The notes under the pieces: generated by a model
Seen by the model: only the letters and a program-made list of their open reading frames with translations
What the model was told of the DNA's origin: nothing
The model's database searches: none
Assembly: GCF_032191835.1 (NCBI RefSeq)
Contig: NC_083228.1
Coordinates: 114,452,001-114,516,000 of the forward strand
Direction: 5' to 3'
From: Heteronotia binoei
Lineage: Eukaryota
DNA: 64,000 nucleotides
In this document: one piece after another, positions 1 through 12,576 of the stretch
Position numbering within the stretch: position 1 is the stretch's first letter
Layout of the letters: each line of letters begins with the position of its first letter
Program-made: the position numbers and the translations under genes

Positions 1-660
1 GTCCTTATGAAAGGGTAGTGGAGAGAGAGAGAGATGCAAACAAATGCAAGAATCTCAGTTGTGTGGTTAACTCAGTGGATGTTTGCTGACTTAGAAACAT
101 GTGTAGAAAGTTGTCTGGGTCAATCAGAGAGCAAGTTGATTAATCCAATCAGGATCCTTGTGGGGAGGGCTGACAGCTTAAATTTCAGCTGCCACTACCT
201 TAGTCAGCAGTGTTAACCCCCAGTGGAAGTATAGCCATGCTTCTCATCAGAATACCAATGTCGTCAAGGTCAAGGTCAGCTGGCATTATTGCTGTCTTTA
301 ATTCGATATTGACCAGCCGTTGTCTTCCAGTGCTCAATTTTTTAAGGAAAACCTTCAATTAGAACAATCCAACAAGAATAATTATGGATTGATTTTCAGA
401 TTTAAATGTCAGTGCTTTTTCATGTTACAGTGAAATGAAATAGATTTTTCTTATGACTCCGCCACATTAAGACCTGTTGTAGAGGAAATACTGTTTTAGT
501 ACATTGCTCAGAAATTGCACCTCCCCCAGTTCTTCTTCCTTTAAAAGAAGATTGTTCAGGAGGGGCTCACTGACTCATCATTCATAATGGCAATTTCTTA
601 TTAGGTGTGTTTTCCTCCTCCCTTCAAGAATGTGTGAACATTAGTGCTATCCAATAAGGT

Positions 661-790
661 TGTTTCAGAGGGTAGCCATGTTGGTTTGTGGTGGAACAAT
701 TAGATTCAAGTCCAGTAGCTTTGACAAAAGCTTATACCTAGAAACCCTTGTTGATCTCTAAGGTGCTACTGGACTCAAATCTAACTATTC
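661..790. mobile_element. Penelope-like element terminal-repeat remnant with inverted junction
   Basis: Contains TAAGGTGCTACTGGACTC and CAGAGGGTAGCC..GTTGG motifs typical of reptile Penelope-like terminal repeats. Arms 700-719 and 765-784 are reverse complements of each other. Confidence 0.55.
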
Positions 791-992
791 AATAAGGTTG
801 CATCTTTGAAACAGGCTGATAAACTTGGCTGCCAAAATAGAGCTTAAAAACCAAGCTGGAAGGGGGAAAGTATGTTCAGTTTGGCAATATGTAAGTAAAC
901 AGAGTCCAAAATGCTGTTTCTGTGCAGGCATGAACTTGGCTTTCATAAATACTTAGAAACTATCTGTCTGTCCATCCTTCCACCCACCCACC

Positions 993-1173
993 CAGGGCCT
1001 TTTTTGTAGCAGGAACTGCTTTGCATATTAGGCCACACCTCCCTAATGTAGCCAATCCTCCTGGAGCTTACAGTTGGCCCTGTACTAAGAGTCCTGTAAG
1101 CTCTTGGAGGATTGGCTACATCAGGGATGTGTGGCCTAATATGCAAAGCAGTTCCTGCTACAAAAAGGTCCTG
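993..1173. mobile_element. Palindromic ~180-bp hAT-like MITE (CAGGGC-T-run termini family)
   Basis: Whole element is an imperfect palindrome (GCAGGAACT..TTGCATATTAGGCCACAC / GTGTGGCCTAATATGCAAAG..AGTTCCTGC). The same family recurs at 6077, 42520, 59556, 60660 and 62226. Confidence 0.75.
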
Positions 1174-1489
1174 TATCTACCTATCTCTTCATCTTCCCTA
1201 TTGAGATGTTTTAAGCTGAAGAAATTGTGCCTATCCTATATATATTCCATTAGGGGAGGGTGGGATATAAATTTGATAAAATAAATAAATAAAATATATA
1301 TTCTATATATATTCTGGAATCATCTGGTACCACAATGCAAAACCTGGGGAAATGAAATCTTAAAGTTTTAATTGTTGCACATTGATGCTAAAGCCTATTT
1401 GCATTAAGTCTGGGGACCTATCCTGATGATTGGTCAAATCATGCCTGCATTGTGTTTTAGATATTCTGAATCATCCCACAAGTACACAG

Positions 1490-2583
1490 GCCCAACTCAA
1501 GAAATATCTGGGGACTTTGAGACTGGAGCCAGGAGCCTCTGGGGCGAAGCCAGGAGCAACTTGTGACAAACATGATTGAACTCTTAACAGGAGTTCTTAC
1601 CATCACATTTAAAGGGACCATGCACCTTTTAAATGCCTTCCTTCCACTGGACATAATGGAGTATAGGGGCACTCTCTTTTGGGGCTCATAGAATTGGACT
1701 TCCTGGTTCAAACGTTTTGAAATGTGGGGGCTTTTTTTTAGAGGAGAGGCACTAGATGCTATGCTGAAAATTTGGTGCCTCCACCTCAAAAAATAGCCCC
1801 CCCAGAGCCCCAGATTGATTCTCCATTATACCCTATGGTAGGGATGTCAAACTAATTTGTTATGAGGGCCAGATCTGACATAAAAGAGAGCTTGTTGGGC
1901 CAGGCCATGTCTGGTTGGGGCAAGCCATGTTGGGAAGGGCCATGTGTTACCTATTTAAGATTAGGTAGCGGAGTTTTAAATTTTATAAAGAACCCAGACA
2001 AATACAATTATCTATTTTTTAAAAAACTTAAAACATACTTAAAATGTTAGCACTCATTGGTCTTAAAAGGTGCTTTCTTTGTATTTCTCCCAGGGAATCC
2101 AGGGAACTGGGCAAAGGAAGCTCTGTCTCTTTCCTTCCTTCTGCAGGGACTGGATGGGGGAGGAGCCTCAGTTAATAGAAGGAAGAGAGGCTTGGCTCAG
2201 TAGCTCCACTGTGTGTTTGAGAGAGCCTGGCAAAGCGAGCTATTCCTCCAAAAGGGAGGAGCCTCAGCCAATGGAGAAAATGAAAAGTTTTGTAGCTTTT
2301 GTGCAATTGAGCAAGCCTTGCAAAGCAAGCTGTTATACAGAATGAAGTAAGATATAGGGAGAGGGAAGCAGATGACAGTCAGTTGCTCGGGGACCTGATA
2401 GGAGCCCTGATTAGGCCCTCAAACTGCATGTTTGACACTCCTGCCCTTTGGGAACCAGTCTCCATAGGGTACAATGGAGCGCCCAGTGGACATTTTCCCC
2501 CTCTCATTTTCTGGTAACCCTGAGATGGGGGGAGGCCTCCAAACCAGAGGATCCCATACCCCCAAAGTGGGGATTGGCAACCC
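1490..2583. mobile_element. GGGTTGCC-TIR MITE family copy, 5'-truncated and interrupted by a hAT MITE
   Basis: Matches copies at 17911, 44862 and 60905 (AAGAAATATCTGGGGACTTTG...GGCAACCC). Confidence 0.7.
1839..2443. mobile_element. Non-autonomous hAT element (605 bp) nested in a MITE
   Basis: TIRs TAGGGATGTCAAAC / GTTTGACACTCCTG; 8-bp TSD CCCTATGG (1831-1838) / CCCTTTGG (2444-2451). Confidence 0.85.
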
Positions 2584-3121
2584 AGTAAAGAACCGGTCAA
2601 CTTTGCAGCATAGTGAAGCCACAGACACATCAGAGCTGAGGCACAGAGTGTGGGGAATAAAGAAATTCCTGCCAGGAATAGAGCCCCTGTGTTTCACTGT
2701 TTCCTACTATAGCCTTCCCAGCACCACTAGCAATGCCATTCTGAAAGTTCAGATGTTGCTTTTTAAGCAGTGCAAGAGACTACAGAGAGAAGGGGGTGGT
2801 TAAGAAAGCCACATTCTATTGACAAATTTCCCTTGGTGGTTGTTGGGATCCAATCCAGTACCTTCTTTGGAAAGAAGAAGAGTGCTCATGCAGGATGTGG
2901 AAAGAACTGGGACAGCATACTTGCAGCTTACAGGCACTGTATCTGTTGCAGTTCCCCATATGAATTGTTGTTGCAGATAAAGTGCACTTGTTTCCCCAGC
3001 AAACTTGCTCACAGCTCCTATAATATTTGTGGGTACTGTGGTTGCAATTGTCACAGGAGTCTACTATTCAGTGCCCATGACTATCTCCATGTCCAATGTA
3101 AGGGCCATCAAGACACAATTG

Positions 3122-4121
3122 ATTCATGGCAAAATGTTGTCTCCATCTTCAAGAAGGGAAGGGAGGCTCCAGGTAACTACCAACCCATCAGCATGATGTC
3201 TATATCTGGAAAAGGTTTAGAACAAATCATCAGTCAGTCAGACCTGGAACATTTTGAAAAGATGGCTGAGATTACTAAGAGCCAGCATGGGTTTCTCAAG
3301 AACAAGTCATCAGACTAACCTGATCTCCTTTTTTGAGAAAGTGACTACCATGCTAGATCAGGGGAATGCTGTAGACATAGTTTATCTTGATTTCAGTAAG
3401 GCTTTTGATAAGGTTCCACATACTATCCTTGTTGACAATTTGGTAAAATGTGGTTTGGATCCTGTTACTGTTAGATGGATCTGTAATTGGTTGACAGATC
3501 ACACTCAAAGAGTGCTTGTGAATGGTTCCTCATCCTCTTGGAGAGGAGTGACAAATGGAGTGCCTCAAGGATATAGACAAGCTGGAATGGGTCCAGAGGA
3601 GGGCAACGAAGATTGTGAGGGGTTTGGATACCAAGTCCTATAAAGAAAGGTTGAAGGAGCTGGGCATGTTTTGCCTGGAGAGGAGGCAGTTGAGAGGTAA
3701 TATGATCACCATCTTCAAGTACTTGAAGGGCTGTCATATAGAGGATGGTGCAGAATTGTTTTCTGTGGCCCCAGAAGGTAGGACCAGGACCAACGGGTTG
3801 AAATTAAATCAAAAGTGTTTCTGACTCAACATTAGGAAGAACTTCCTGACAGCGGTTCCTCCGTGGAATGGGCTTCCTCGGGAGGTAGTGGGCTCTCCTT
3901 CCTTGGTGGTTTTTAAACAGAGGCTGAATGGCCATCTGACAGCGATGAAGATGAAGATCCTGTGAATTTAGGGTAGGTATTTGTGGGTTTCCTGCATTGT
4001 GGATACTGTGAATTTAGGGTGTGTGTGAGTGTAGTATTTGTGAGTTTCCTGCATTGTGCAGGAGGTTGGATTAGATGACCCTGGCGGTCCCTTCCAACTC
4101 TATGATTCTGTGATTCTATGA
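3122..4121 (+). mobile_element. CR1 LINE 3' fragment with an internal deletion of the RT core
   Basis: Translates to NVVSIFKKG..PGNYQPIS, QHGF, VDIVYLDFSKAFDKVPH and GVPQG, then jumps at ~3570 to DIDKLEWVQRRATK. Ends in a (ATTCTRTG)n CR1 tail. Confidence 0.93.
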
Positions 4122-4270
4122 CCTCAAGCAAGGGGTTTTCAAGGCAAGTGAGAAACATGTGGTTCACCACTGCCTTCCTTTGCAGAGTCTTCCTTGGTGG
4201 TCTCTCAACCAAGCACCAACCCTGCTTAGCTTCTGAGAGCTGATAAGATGGGGCTCTGCCATGCCATCTT
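4122..4270 (-). mobile_element. 5S rRNA-derived SINE (5S-Sauria-like)
   Basis: Reverse strand carries the 5S-like GAAGCTAAGCAGGG head followed by a GGCA..AACCAC..TTGCCTTGAAAAC body, as in the + copy at 48434. Confidence 0.65.
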
Positions 4271-6076
4271 CCCTCCCATGACTATGTCTAGTGACCAGCA
4301 GTATGCTTCATCTATTCCAAGCTGGTACCACTGTGAAATTAAGACTTGGATATTTTATTTCCAGGCTCCCCACCCCTAGTGAAAAATGAGTGTAATTGTG
4401 CTTACTCCTCTTCATCAACACTGTGATGGATAAATGTTGTGATCATTTTTAAAAAGTGATGTGTGAGGGAGCAACCATGTTGCTCTTTCAGCAAGTCTAT
4501 CTGCACCAGCATCCATACTGCTTCTTTGCTGACAGGTTTTCCCCTCCCTTTTTTGTCCTCTTCAAACAGCCCTGGTGCACACAAACATTGAAATCAGCCC
4601 GTATGAGTGTATTTTAATCACTAGGTATGTTTCCCTTGTTGCAAAAATGTCTTTGGAAAACTATTGGAGGATGCGTGTATAAAACAGAAGCATGGTACAT
4701 TTTAGAATAATTTTTATATGCATCCCCAAATGGTGTTTGTTATTAAGCGTCACCAGTGAAATAGAAAAGAGAATAAGGTTATCTATCAAGAGAGACCATA
4801 TTACAATATGCTTCTTCAGCACCACCTATCTTTATTTTCCTCTCAGTCTTTCTTTTGCATCTCTTTCCCCCCTAATAAATCCAAGTCTGAACTCTGACAG
4901 AAGCATCTGCAGCTGGCAAGTTGTAGTTTGTTTTCTGATCTGGCAAGAATCACCCCAGGTCCATCTTAAGGCCTTTGCCAAGCTGATTACCTGGCAAGAT
5001 GGTTCCTGGTCCAGCCTGTGTTGAAGCAAAGGCCAATGTGTATAATTTTTGTGTGTGGAAAATGCATTTCCTAACAGTGTGGTTGGCAATGCTGGTGATT
5101 ACTCATTAGGAAGCTCTTAAAGAGCACATGACTTGGTTTCTGGGCACCTAGTTCAGGACAACCAAGATGTTTGGTCATGATGGCTGCTTTGAAAATGTGT
5201 CCTAAGCCAGGGGATTGCAGCTAATTTACATATCTTATTGAAGATAATTAACATGATTTGCATGAGGTAGTTGGAAGTCAGAGCAGTATTGGAAGGCAAG
5301 ATCTGTTTCACCAGGATGAATTGCCCAGCCATCTGGCGCAGCAAAGACCCCTGGTATTATGGCCTGTTAACAGCCAATCAGCTTTGTGCTTCACATGGCA
5401 CTATGCTTTGAGGATTCTAAGAACCCAAGTCTTCCATGGGATGTCCCGAAATAAAGTAGTTATTATAAGAGGGGGCCTATAATACCTTAGCTACTTCTTG
5501 AATGGGACCTTGAATTTAGTAACCATCGTTCAGGTCTTCACCATTCTGAGGGTAACCCCCGTCCCCATGCTGGGCCGACAGGCTATGGAAAAGTGGTTAT
5601 TCATTTTACTTATTTGGAGATGTCAGTACATAGTGGTTCAGTAGTAATGTAGTATACAGGTAAGGGCTGGTGTGGGAAGGAAGTACTTTATTGGTTTTGC
5701 CCTTGATGCCATGTCTGTAAGTTTAAATTTACTTTGAATTTGGGAGACTGTCACAAAAGATTTTTCTCTTGCACTTGATAGCATGCTGCATGTGTTTTGT
5801 GAACCTGGTGTAAAGAGTACTGTCAGACCTCATTTTGGGCAGGAGCTCACAGGAGCGGAGCTCTGGAACCTCTAAATTTTATTGTGCTCTTTCTTTCTCC
5901 CCTCCCCCCAACACACTGTTCAAAACTCCTGTGAGAATTTTGCTGAACTCTAATATTGGACAAACTTTCTAATATTTTCCTCCACAAAAAATGGGAAAAT
6001 AACCAAAACATATAAAGCAGACACAAAAGAAAGACATTCAGTTACTATATACTGAAATCAAGGTACTTGTTACTAT

Positions 6077-6212
6077 CAGGGCTTTTTTTGTAGAAAAAAT
6101 ATCCAGCAGGAACTCATTTGCATATTAGGCCATATCCCCTGAAACCGAGCCAGCCAGAACTGCATTCCTGTGCATTCCTGCTCAAAAAAAAGAAAGAAAG
6201 AAAAAAGCTCTG
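6077..6212. mobile_element. Partial palindromic hAT-like MITE
   Basis: CAGGGCTTTTTTTGTAG...GCAGGAACTCATTTGCATATTAGGCC; same family as 993-1173. Confidence 0.65.
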
Positions 6213-8129
6213 GTTACAATAGTATGCTACTTGTTTTCGTAACAGCAATATAGTTATGGTGTCTTAACTATTTAGTGGAATAGAAATAAGTCTTGGTTCT
6301 GGAAGGTTTTGCATTGACATGTTTGAGAAGAGCTGTTCAGATTTCAGAAAAAGCAACTACCCATATTGACCGCTTACTTATTATACTCTGTGTGGTTTCC
6401 TTCAAAACATACAACCCAATCTGTAATTTTAGCTAACATAAATAATCCCAAATTTTTAAGTGTCACTGATGCATTGTAGGAGTATTGTGGTCTACATTTT
6501 TGCAGCACTTTCATTAAGACCTTGATCATCTGTCCCTGGATTTTAGCATCCCTGGAACAGAATAGTTATGTATGCTGTCCTGATCCCTTCCACATGTCTA
6601 CCCTGGTAAGGTAGTGTGTACTATAAGTCCTTCATTTCTTCCTGTCCTTCCAATTGTAACATACGATCCATTGCCCAGTGCTGCAGGCTGCCAATGAACA
6701 GTGGAAAAGTTAAATTTGGAGTGCTGCTGTGACAGCAAACATAACTTTCTCAATTACTTGCATTGACAACAAACACTGTTTATCAGCCTTGAGATAAAGT
6801 GTTCTTAAAAGTGAGAAATTTACTAGATCTGTGTGACCACCAGACAGTTGTAATTTTTAGGGCATTGGTTTAAAGGAACATAAAGTTAGGGGGGAAAAAC
6901 CCACACTGGGAAGTAAGCAAGCAACTTTTAAATTAAATTAAAAAGGTGGGTGACATGCATTTTAATTTTCAGAGTGCCTGTCCTCCCCTGCTAGCGATTG
7001 CATGTTTCAATTCAAAGTTGTCTGGAAAAGTAGCTCTTCATTTTGCCTTTTAAAACCGAGCACAGGTTGTTTGCTGCCTGCTCCCCATTCATTTTCTTGC
7101 AAAGCCAAGGAGATGTTTGGATGGAATTGTCACACAGAAAATAAGTTGCTGGCAGCCCCCATCCTTCATGCCAAAGAGAGGCATGTAATACATTTTGTTC
7201 CCAGAGATAAACGCATCGCTGCTTTTAGATGCGGGGACGGTAAGCAGACACTGTTGTGAATCAAGCTCCAGCTTTGCCTCCGGTGGTTGTCTGGGGAGGT
7301 GGTCAAATAATATAAGCTTTTTTTTTTAAGAGCATTTTTTTAAACTAATGAAGGGGAGAAAATATACTCATAGCTAAGACAACTTCCCCCCAGCAGAAGC
7401 AGAATTGTCATATCTTAACCCAGAAACCATTTCTACATGCTTAAATGCTGGGGGCTACAAGAAAGACCATTTGCCCCACTTTTTCACTGGTTCCTTTGCC
7501 TGCCTCCCCCCGCCCCCTTCAGAATGTTTCTCAGTTAAGATATGGCAATTCTACTTTTGCTGGGGGAAGTTGTCTTAACTATGTGTCTTGGAGTGGAAGT
7601 CTCTGTCTGCACTCTTGGAGGCAGGGCAGGATCTTCCACTAAGTGGCCTAAAGCAGCCACCTGGAGCACAGCAAGGGGGGCACAGAAGAAGGGCTCCCAC
7701 TAAAGTGCACCAGCCTACTCTGGCTTTTCCCCACCCAGACAGTGCACAGCTTTTCAGCTCTGTGTGAGTGCTGTGGCCAGGAGTTTGGGGGGTGGTACAC
7801 GGGCAGCAAGAATAACCTGCAGTGCTACAAGACTTCTAAAAACTCCCATGCCCTTCCTGGTTCCTCTTCCCCTTCCCCTCTTCCCCCTTTCCTTTCCTGT
7901 CTGCTCACAGCCAAAAGGAGGGGTGGGCAGCAGCCCCTGGATTTAGAGGGGAGGGGCAGGAGAAGGAAGTCACTATGGTCCCTCTCTCTTTCCTTCCAGG
8001 CTGGGGAGGGAGAAGTGGTCAGATGTAATATCTCAAGACAAGGGAGCTGGAATGAACCTTAGGGTTTTTAGAGTGCTCAGTCCTACTTCCATGTAAAAGG
8101 TTGTCAACTGGCAGCTAGTTTATCATGAC

Positions 8130-8310
8130 TTTCCTGGGGTTTCCATTACAAGAGGCGCACCGAGGTGGTTCCTTGCCATTGCCTGATTCTGCAGCCCAGG
8201 CAACCCTGGACTTGGTTGGTGGTGGTCTCCCATCCAAATGCTGAGGAGAACCAGCTCTGCTTAGCCTGCCAGATCTGGCAAGATTAGAGCAGCCTGGACC
8301 ATTTGGATCC
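8130..8310 (-). mobile_element. 5S-derived SINE, degraded
   Basis: GGTCTCCCATCCAAAT..CTGCTTAGC..CAGATCTG is the reverse complement of the 5S internal region. Confidence 0.6.
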
Positions 8311-8461
8311 TATGGATAACTCAGAATTCAGTGCCACTGAATTCAATGAGGCTGCTTTCCACATAAACATGCCTAGGATTGTCAGAGGGAGCTACAGAAA
8401 TAATTCCATGTGTATACATACTTGTTATGTTCCTCAAACCAGAGTTAGGAAACCTCTAGTG

Positions 8462-9167
8462 CAGGGGTGACTGAACTTGCTTAATGTAAGAACCTCGTAG
8501 AATAACCGTCAGCTGTTTGAGAGCTGCAAGACATGAACAAATATTACACACATGTCTTCATTAAAACTCTTAATGCTTTCCTTGCACAGAAAGATAAAAT
8601 ACATATGTATGAACTTTACAACACGACCATGCTAGAAGGAGACTTTTTTTAAAAAAAAGCTGAAATAACAGTCCTCATAAGACCAACACAGGGAATTATT
8701 TTTTGGCACCAGTGGGAGAACGAAACACACATGTACCATATATAAATCACTGACCACTGTTTGCATCATTATGCATCTCTCTTTGCCTTGACACCAAAGT
8801 TAGTAAATGCAGCTCCTACAAGAGCTATGAAACTAAGGGGGAACCCTGCACCACCCTCTTTTATTCTGTCCCTCCTTCCAGTGGCTCCCTCAGCTCTTGC
8901 GCTCTTTTCCTCCACTCTAGGTCTTCAGGTGACCTCTGTGGTGGAGGAGAAGAGCTTGCAAGGCTATTTCCCCCTCCTTCCCTGCTTCACACACAGCAAA
9001 AATAGTCACCTACCTATGGGTCAGTACTCAGAGGTTGAATCAGTTCCTGATGCTAAGCACACTTACTTGAGAGTAACCCTGCATTCAGTTCTTTCTTGAC
9101 CTCCGGGAGCTGTACAATATGTGTGAAAGAGCCACATGTGGCTCCCAAGCCAGTTTGGCCACCTCTG
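8462..9167. mobile_element. Non-autonomous hAT (Charlie-like) element, 706 bp
   Basis: Ends CAGGGGTGACTGAAC / GTTTGGCCACCTCTG; 8-bp TSD CTCTAGTG / CTCTAGAG, matching the NTCTAGAN target preference. Confidence 0.75.
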
Positions 9168-9857
9168 CTCTAGAGAATGGCACCTGATTGCATAGCCTTT
9201 GTTTTCTGTATAATAACATGGTTACTGAATTATTAACTCATTTGTGTGCTATAAAGTGAATTCTGTCCCAGCACTCCTTTTCTTGGTGAAGAAAAATTAA
9301 ACCAATAGTCTGGAGAATTTTTTATTCCTTTTCTGTTTTCTTAAGAGTTTAGGGCTACATCCAGCTTGTGAGACAGGTGAGTGTGTGAGAGAGATGATAA
9401 TTGGACAGTGTCACCCAATCAGCTTCTTAACAGACCGGAGATCTGAATCCGTATCTTTCCTGAGTTCAACAATTCGCACCACATTGGATCTCAATGATTC
9501 AGTTAAGATTTAATTTAATTTAATGGAAATTTTATAAACATAACAAAATGGCTTATTTTCATTAAGAACAATGCTTGGTCTTGTGAAATGCAGACAAGAC
9601 AGAGGATAAAGTATTCTTTAAAGGGAGACTTATAGTCATAAAATTCTACAGCTCAGGGGAATATCCAGCACTGGATTACTCATAATGACACCATGGGGAA
9701 AACACTTCCTAAATACCCTAATCATATTTTTCAGAATTAAAAAAAAAATCCCTCTGGTTTATAATGACATAGACAAAGCTGCAGCAACATGGTAAAAAAC
9801 CTTACCATACAGTAAGCTGTTTTGTATTGATTTACCAAACTGTTGTCTGTGGTGCCT

Positions 9858-10082
9858 CAGCATAGTGTAGTAGTTAGAGTGTTGGACTAGGAACTCAGAG
9901 ACCCAGGTTTGAATCTCAGCTCTGCCTTGGAAACATTTTGGGTGACCTTGGGTCAGTCACATACTCTCTCTCTAACCTACCTCACAGGGGTGTTCTGAGG
10001 ATAAAATGGAGGAGAGGAGAATTATGTAAGCCACTGTCGATTCTCATTGAGGATAAAGGCAGGGTATAAAGGAAGTAAATTT
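9858..10082 (+). mobile_element. tRNA-derived CORE-type SINE (Squam3/MIR-like, older subfamily)
   Basis: A/B-box-like head (GTGTAGTAGTTAGAGTG..GGTTTGAATC), CORE-like GGTGACCTTGGGTCAGTCAC, CCTACCTCACAGGG body, GGGTATAAA tail. Confidence 0.75.
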
Positions 10083-11377
10083 AACATACAAATAATTAAA
10101 GGTAGGTTAATGTGGGTGCAATATCCCAGCACTCTTCAAAATACTTGGCAATCTTCAGCATCCATTAAGAAAAACCTTGGCAGATCTCCTTGGAATTTTG
10201 TGTTCAGGTCTACTCAATGGGGCTTATCCCAGTAAAGTGTTCTTAGGTATTTGTTCAACATTGAATAATTTTCAGTCTATTCAATGCTGTATATATTTTG
10301 ATTGACTTGGGATCCACAAGGGAGAAGTTTGTGATTGACGAGTTACAGCTGATGCATACTGTAGTGTCATTCAAAGTTTCTTCACCCACTCAATTTCATA
10401 AAATTGGATGTTATACTTTCATGTTCATGCTCTTTCTTCAGGACATGAAAAGATGCATTTTTGTGTGTGTGCACTGACTGGAGATTGTAGGTTAAATTCC
10501 AGGCAAAACCATTCTGGTTAAGAAGAGCCACCTAGTTAAAGGCTAGTTAGTTAAGAATAAAAAGTATTTTTCTCTCGTGTTCTCTCCCAAATTATTCTTT
10601 GTTGCTTTCTTACACAGCAGAACAAAGGAGCAATCTAACACTTGCATCCTCCCCTGATAAATTAAACACAAATTGGCTCCATTGGGTGCAATATCCCACC
10701 ACGCTTCAACATACTTGGCAATCTTTAGCATCCATTTGACACAGCAGTAGATCAATGATGCTGGCATTCTTACTTTTTTTTTTTTTTAAAGTTCCCCAAA
10801 CCAGAAACCCAGAGTTTGTTTTCCTTGAGCTGCTTTCTGGATGCCAAAATGAATGCTTGTGTGGCTTGCTGATTGGCTTCTTGATTGTGAATCACTCTGA
10901 TATGTGACTACTTAGCAGAAACTCTGTTGGGAAATTATGGGAGAGACAAATAGGTTGGGTCAATGGTTTTTCAAACTATATTCCTTGGCTATTTATCAGG
11001 GGTTCCTTCTCATTAAGATCAGAAATGGCAGACAAGCCTCCTTAAAAAACTGTTTGTCACTATTATAGACCTTCCTCCATAGTCCGTATCTACTGGAGCA
11101 TTTAAAGGGCATGATGTGGTGCATGAGCACCATTTGAAACTGAGAAAGCTATATGACCTGATAGATGCTCCATATGATGCTCCATATGATCTGAGAGATG
11201 AGCACACCCCTAGAATATATACCAGATTCCTTCTATACTAGCCCTGCCCCCAACATGGTGCTCATGGGCACCACAGCATTCATTAACTTTTTAATTTGAT
11301 TGCACTGTTGTATACTGTGTAATCAACCTTGTGTTTCAATGAGAAAGGCAGGCAATAAATAAAATAGAACATGAAGC

Positions 11378-12576
11378 TGTAAAGGACTGCACTTTTAACA
11401 GCTTAAAAGTGCTGTGCAAACATATTAAGGACTGTGAAGGGTTAATTCATCACAGAAGCCAGAGAGTCTTGAGTGACAAGCTGCTCCAAGCAATCTGATT
11501 GACTAACATTAGCTGAGCAGAGAAAGTCTTGAGAGGGCTGGGTGCTAAAGAGAGAGCCAGTCAGATTTCTGCCTTGACTGAGTTAAGTACTGACAGTCTG
11601 ATTTCAGCCGTAGCTGAGAAGAGTTGAGTAATGACAGTTTCTGAATTCGGTCTTATCTGAGAGCAGTTTTAACACAGGCAGGAGAACTGGGGAAAATTGG
11701 CAAGGAAGTTTTATTTTATTTTGATATGATTTGTATCCCGCCCTCCCTGTTGAAGCAGGCTCAGGGCGGGAAGTAGGCAAAGTAGGAAGTAGGCAAAGAC
11801 TCTCATTTGGATCAAAGGAAAAGGATAGATCTTCTAATGAGAGGACAATTTCTTTATCCAGTCAGACAAGGGGTTAGCTCTGATGAGTGCAGAGATCCCT
11901 GGTCTGGTCTGGTTAGAAACTACCTTTAGAGACCTTAAGAGTCAGTTCAAAACTCAAGACAAGTACTGGTGTTTCAAGGGAAAGGGGTTGGGTACTAGAA
12001 CCAGTGTTCCAGTCTTCTGGAAATCAAAAGAATCAGGAAATACTAAAAAAATGTGTACTGGAGTGTTTGGGGAAAGCACTGGAACAAAAGCCTCTTAACA
12101 TAAAGATTTTATGTAACTCTGAAAAGATTAACAGACCCTCATTAGCCTGAAACATAAAAAGTGAAGTCTGTGCATGTGCTGGATTTACCTCAGAAATTTC
12201 AACCCCCTCCCCACCCCGATTTCATCTGACCTTTCTCCTCTATGTTAAATAAAATATTTTGTTATTTTTGAATTTCAAAATGTCTCAAGTCCTATTTTAG
12301 TGGTTTAAAGTCGGTTCCTAATCCTTCCATCAGGTTCCTGGACTGAGTCAACAGTCTAGATATGCTGTTTTGGGGTGGGACAGCCAGAGTTCTTAAGTAA
12401 AGAAGAAAACACATTACTAGGGCAGCTCAGTCCCACAGGGCAAGAAAAACAGAGGGAAAATCCTGCCTCTGAAGGAGGGAAGTGGATGGGGGTCACCATA
12501 GAAGCCAAAGATATAATACTAGCAAATGAATGTGATTTGGGGCTGGGTAACCCCCCCAAGAGTTGTTTTGTCACCA
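11378..12576 (+). mobile_element. Possible solo LTR
   Basis: Starts TGTAAAGG, contains AATAAA at ~12248 and ends in a ..GTCACCA-like terminus; composition is LTR-like. No partner LTR and no clear TSD. Confidence 0.3.
11709..11768 (-). mobile_element. 60-bp L2-type 3' tail insertion
   Basis: Reverse complement is CGCCCTGAGCC...GGGCGGGATACAAAT plus an A-rich tail; flanked by GGAAG direct repeats (11704-11708 / 11769-11773). Confidence 0.75.

Noticed and set aside
716-745. Second hammerhead in the Penelope remnant
   Set aside because: Only the 3' half (AAAGCTTATAC) remains; the CTGANGA core was lost at the inversion junction.
2770-3318. 182-aa Cys-rich ORF
   Set aside because: The last third is CR1 RT sequence read in frame; the rest has no recognisable domain or splice context.
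11880-11925. CTGATGA...GAAA hammerhead-like spacing (also 38852 and 54723)
   Set aside because: No stem II closing pair and no stem I or III complementarity.
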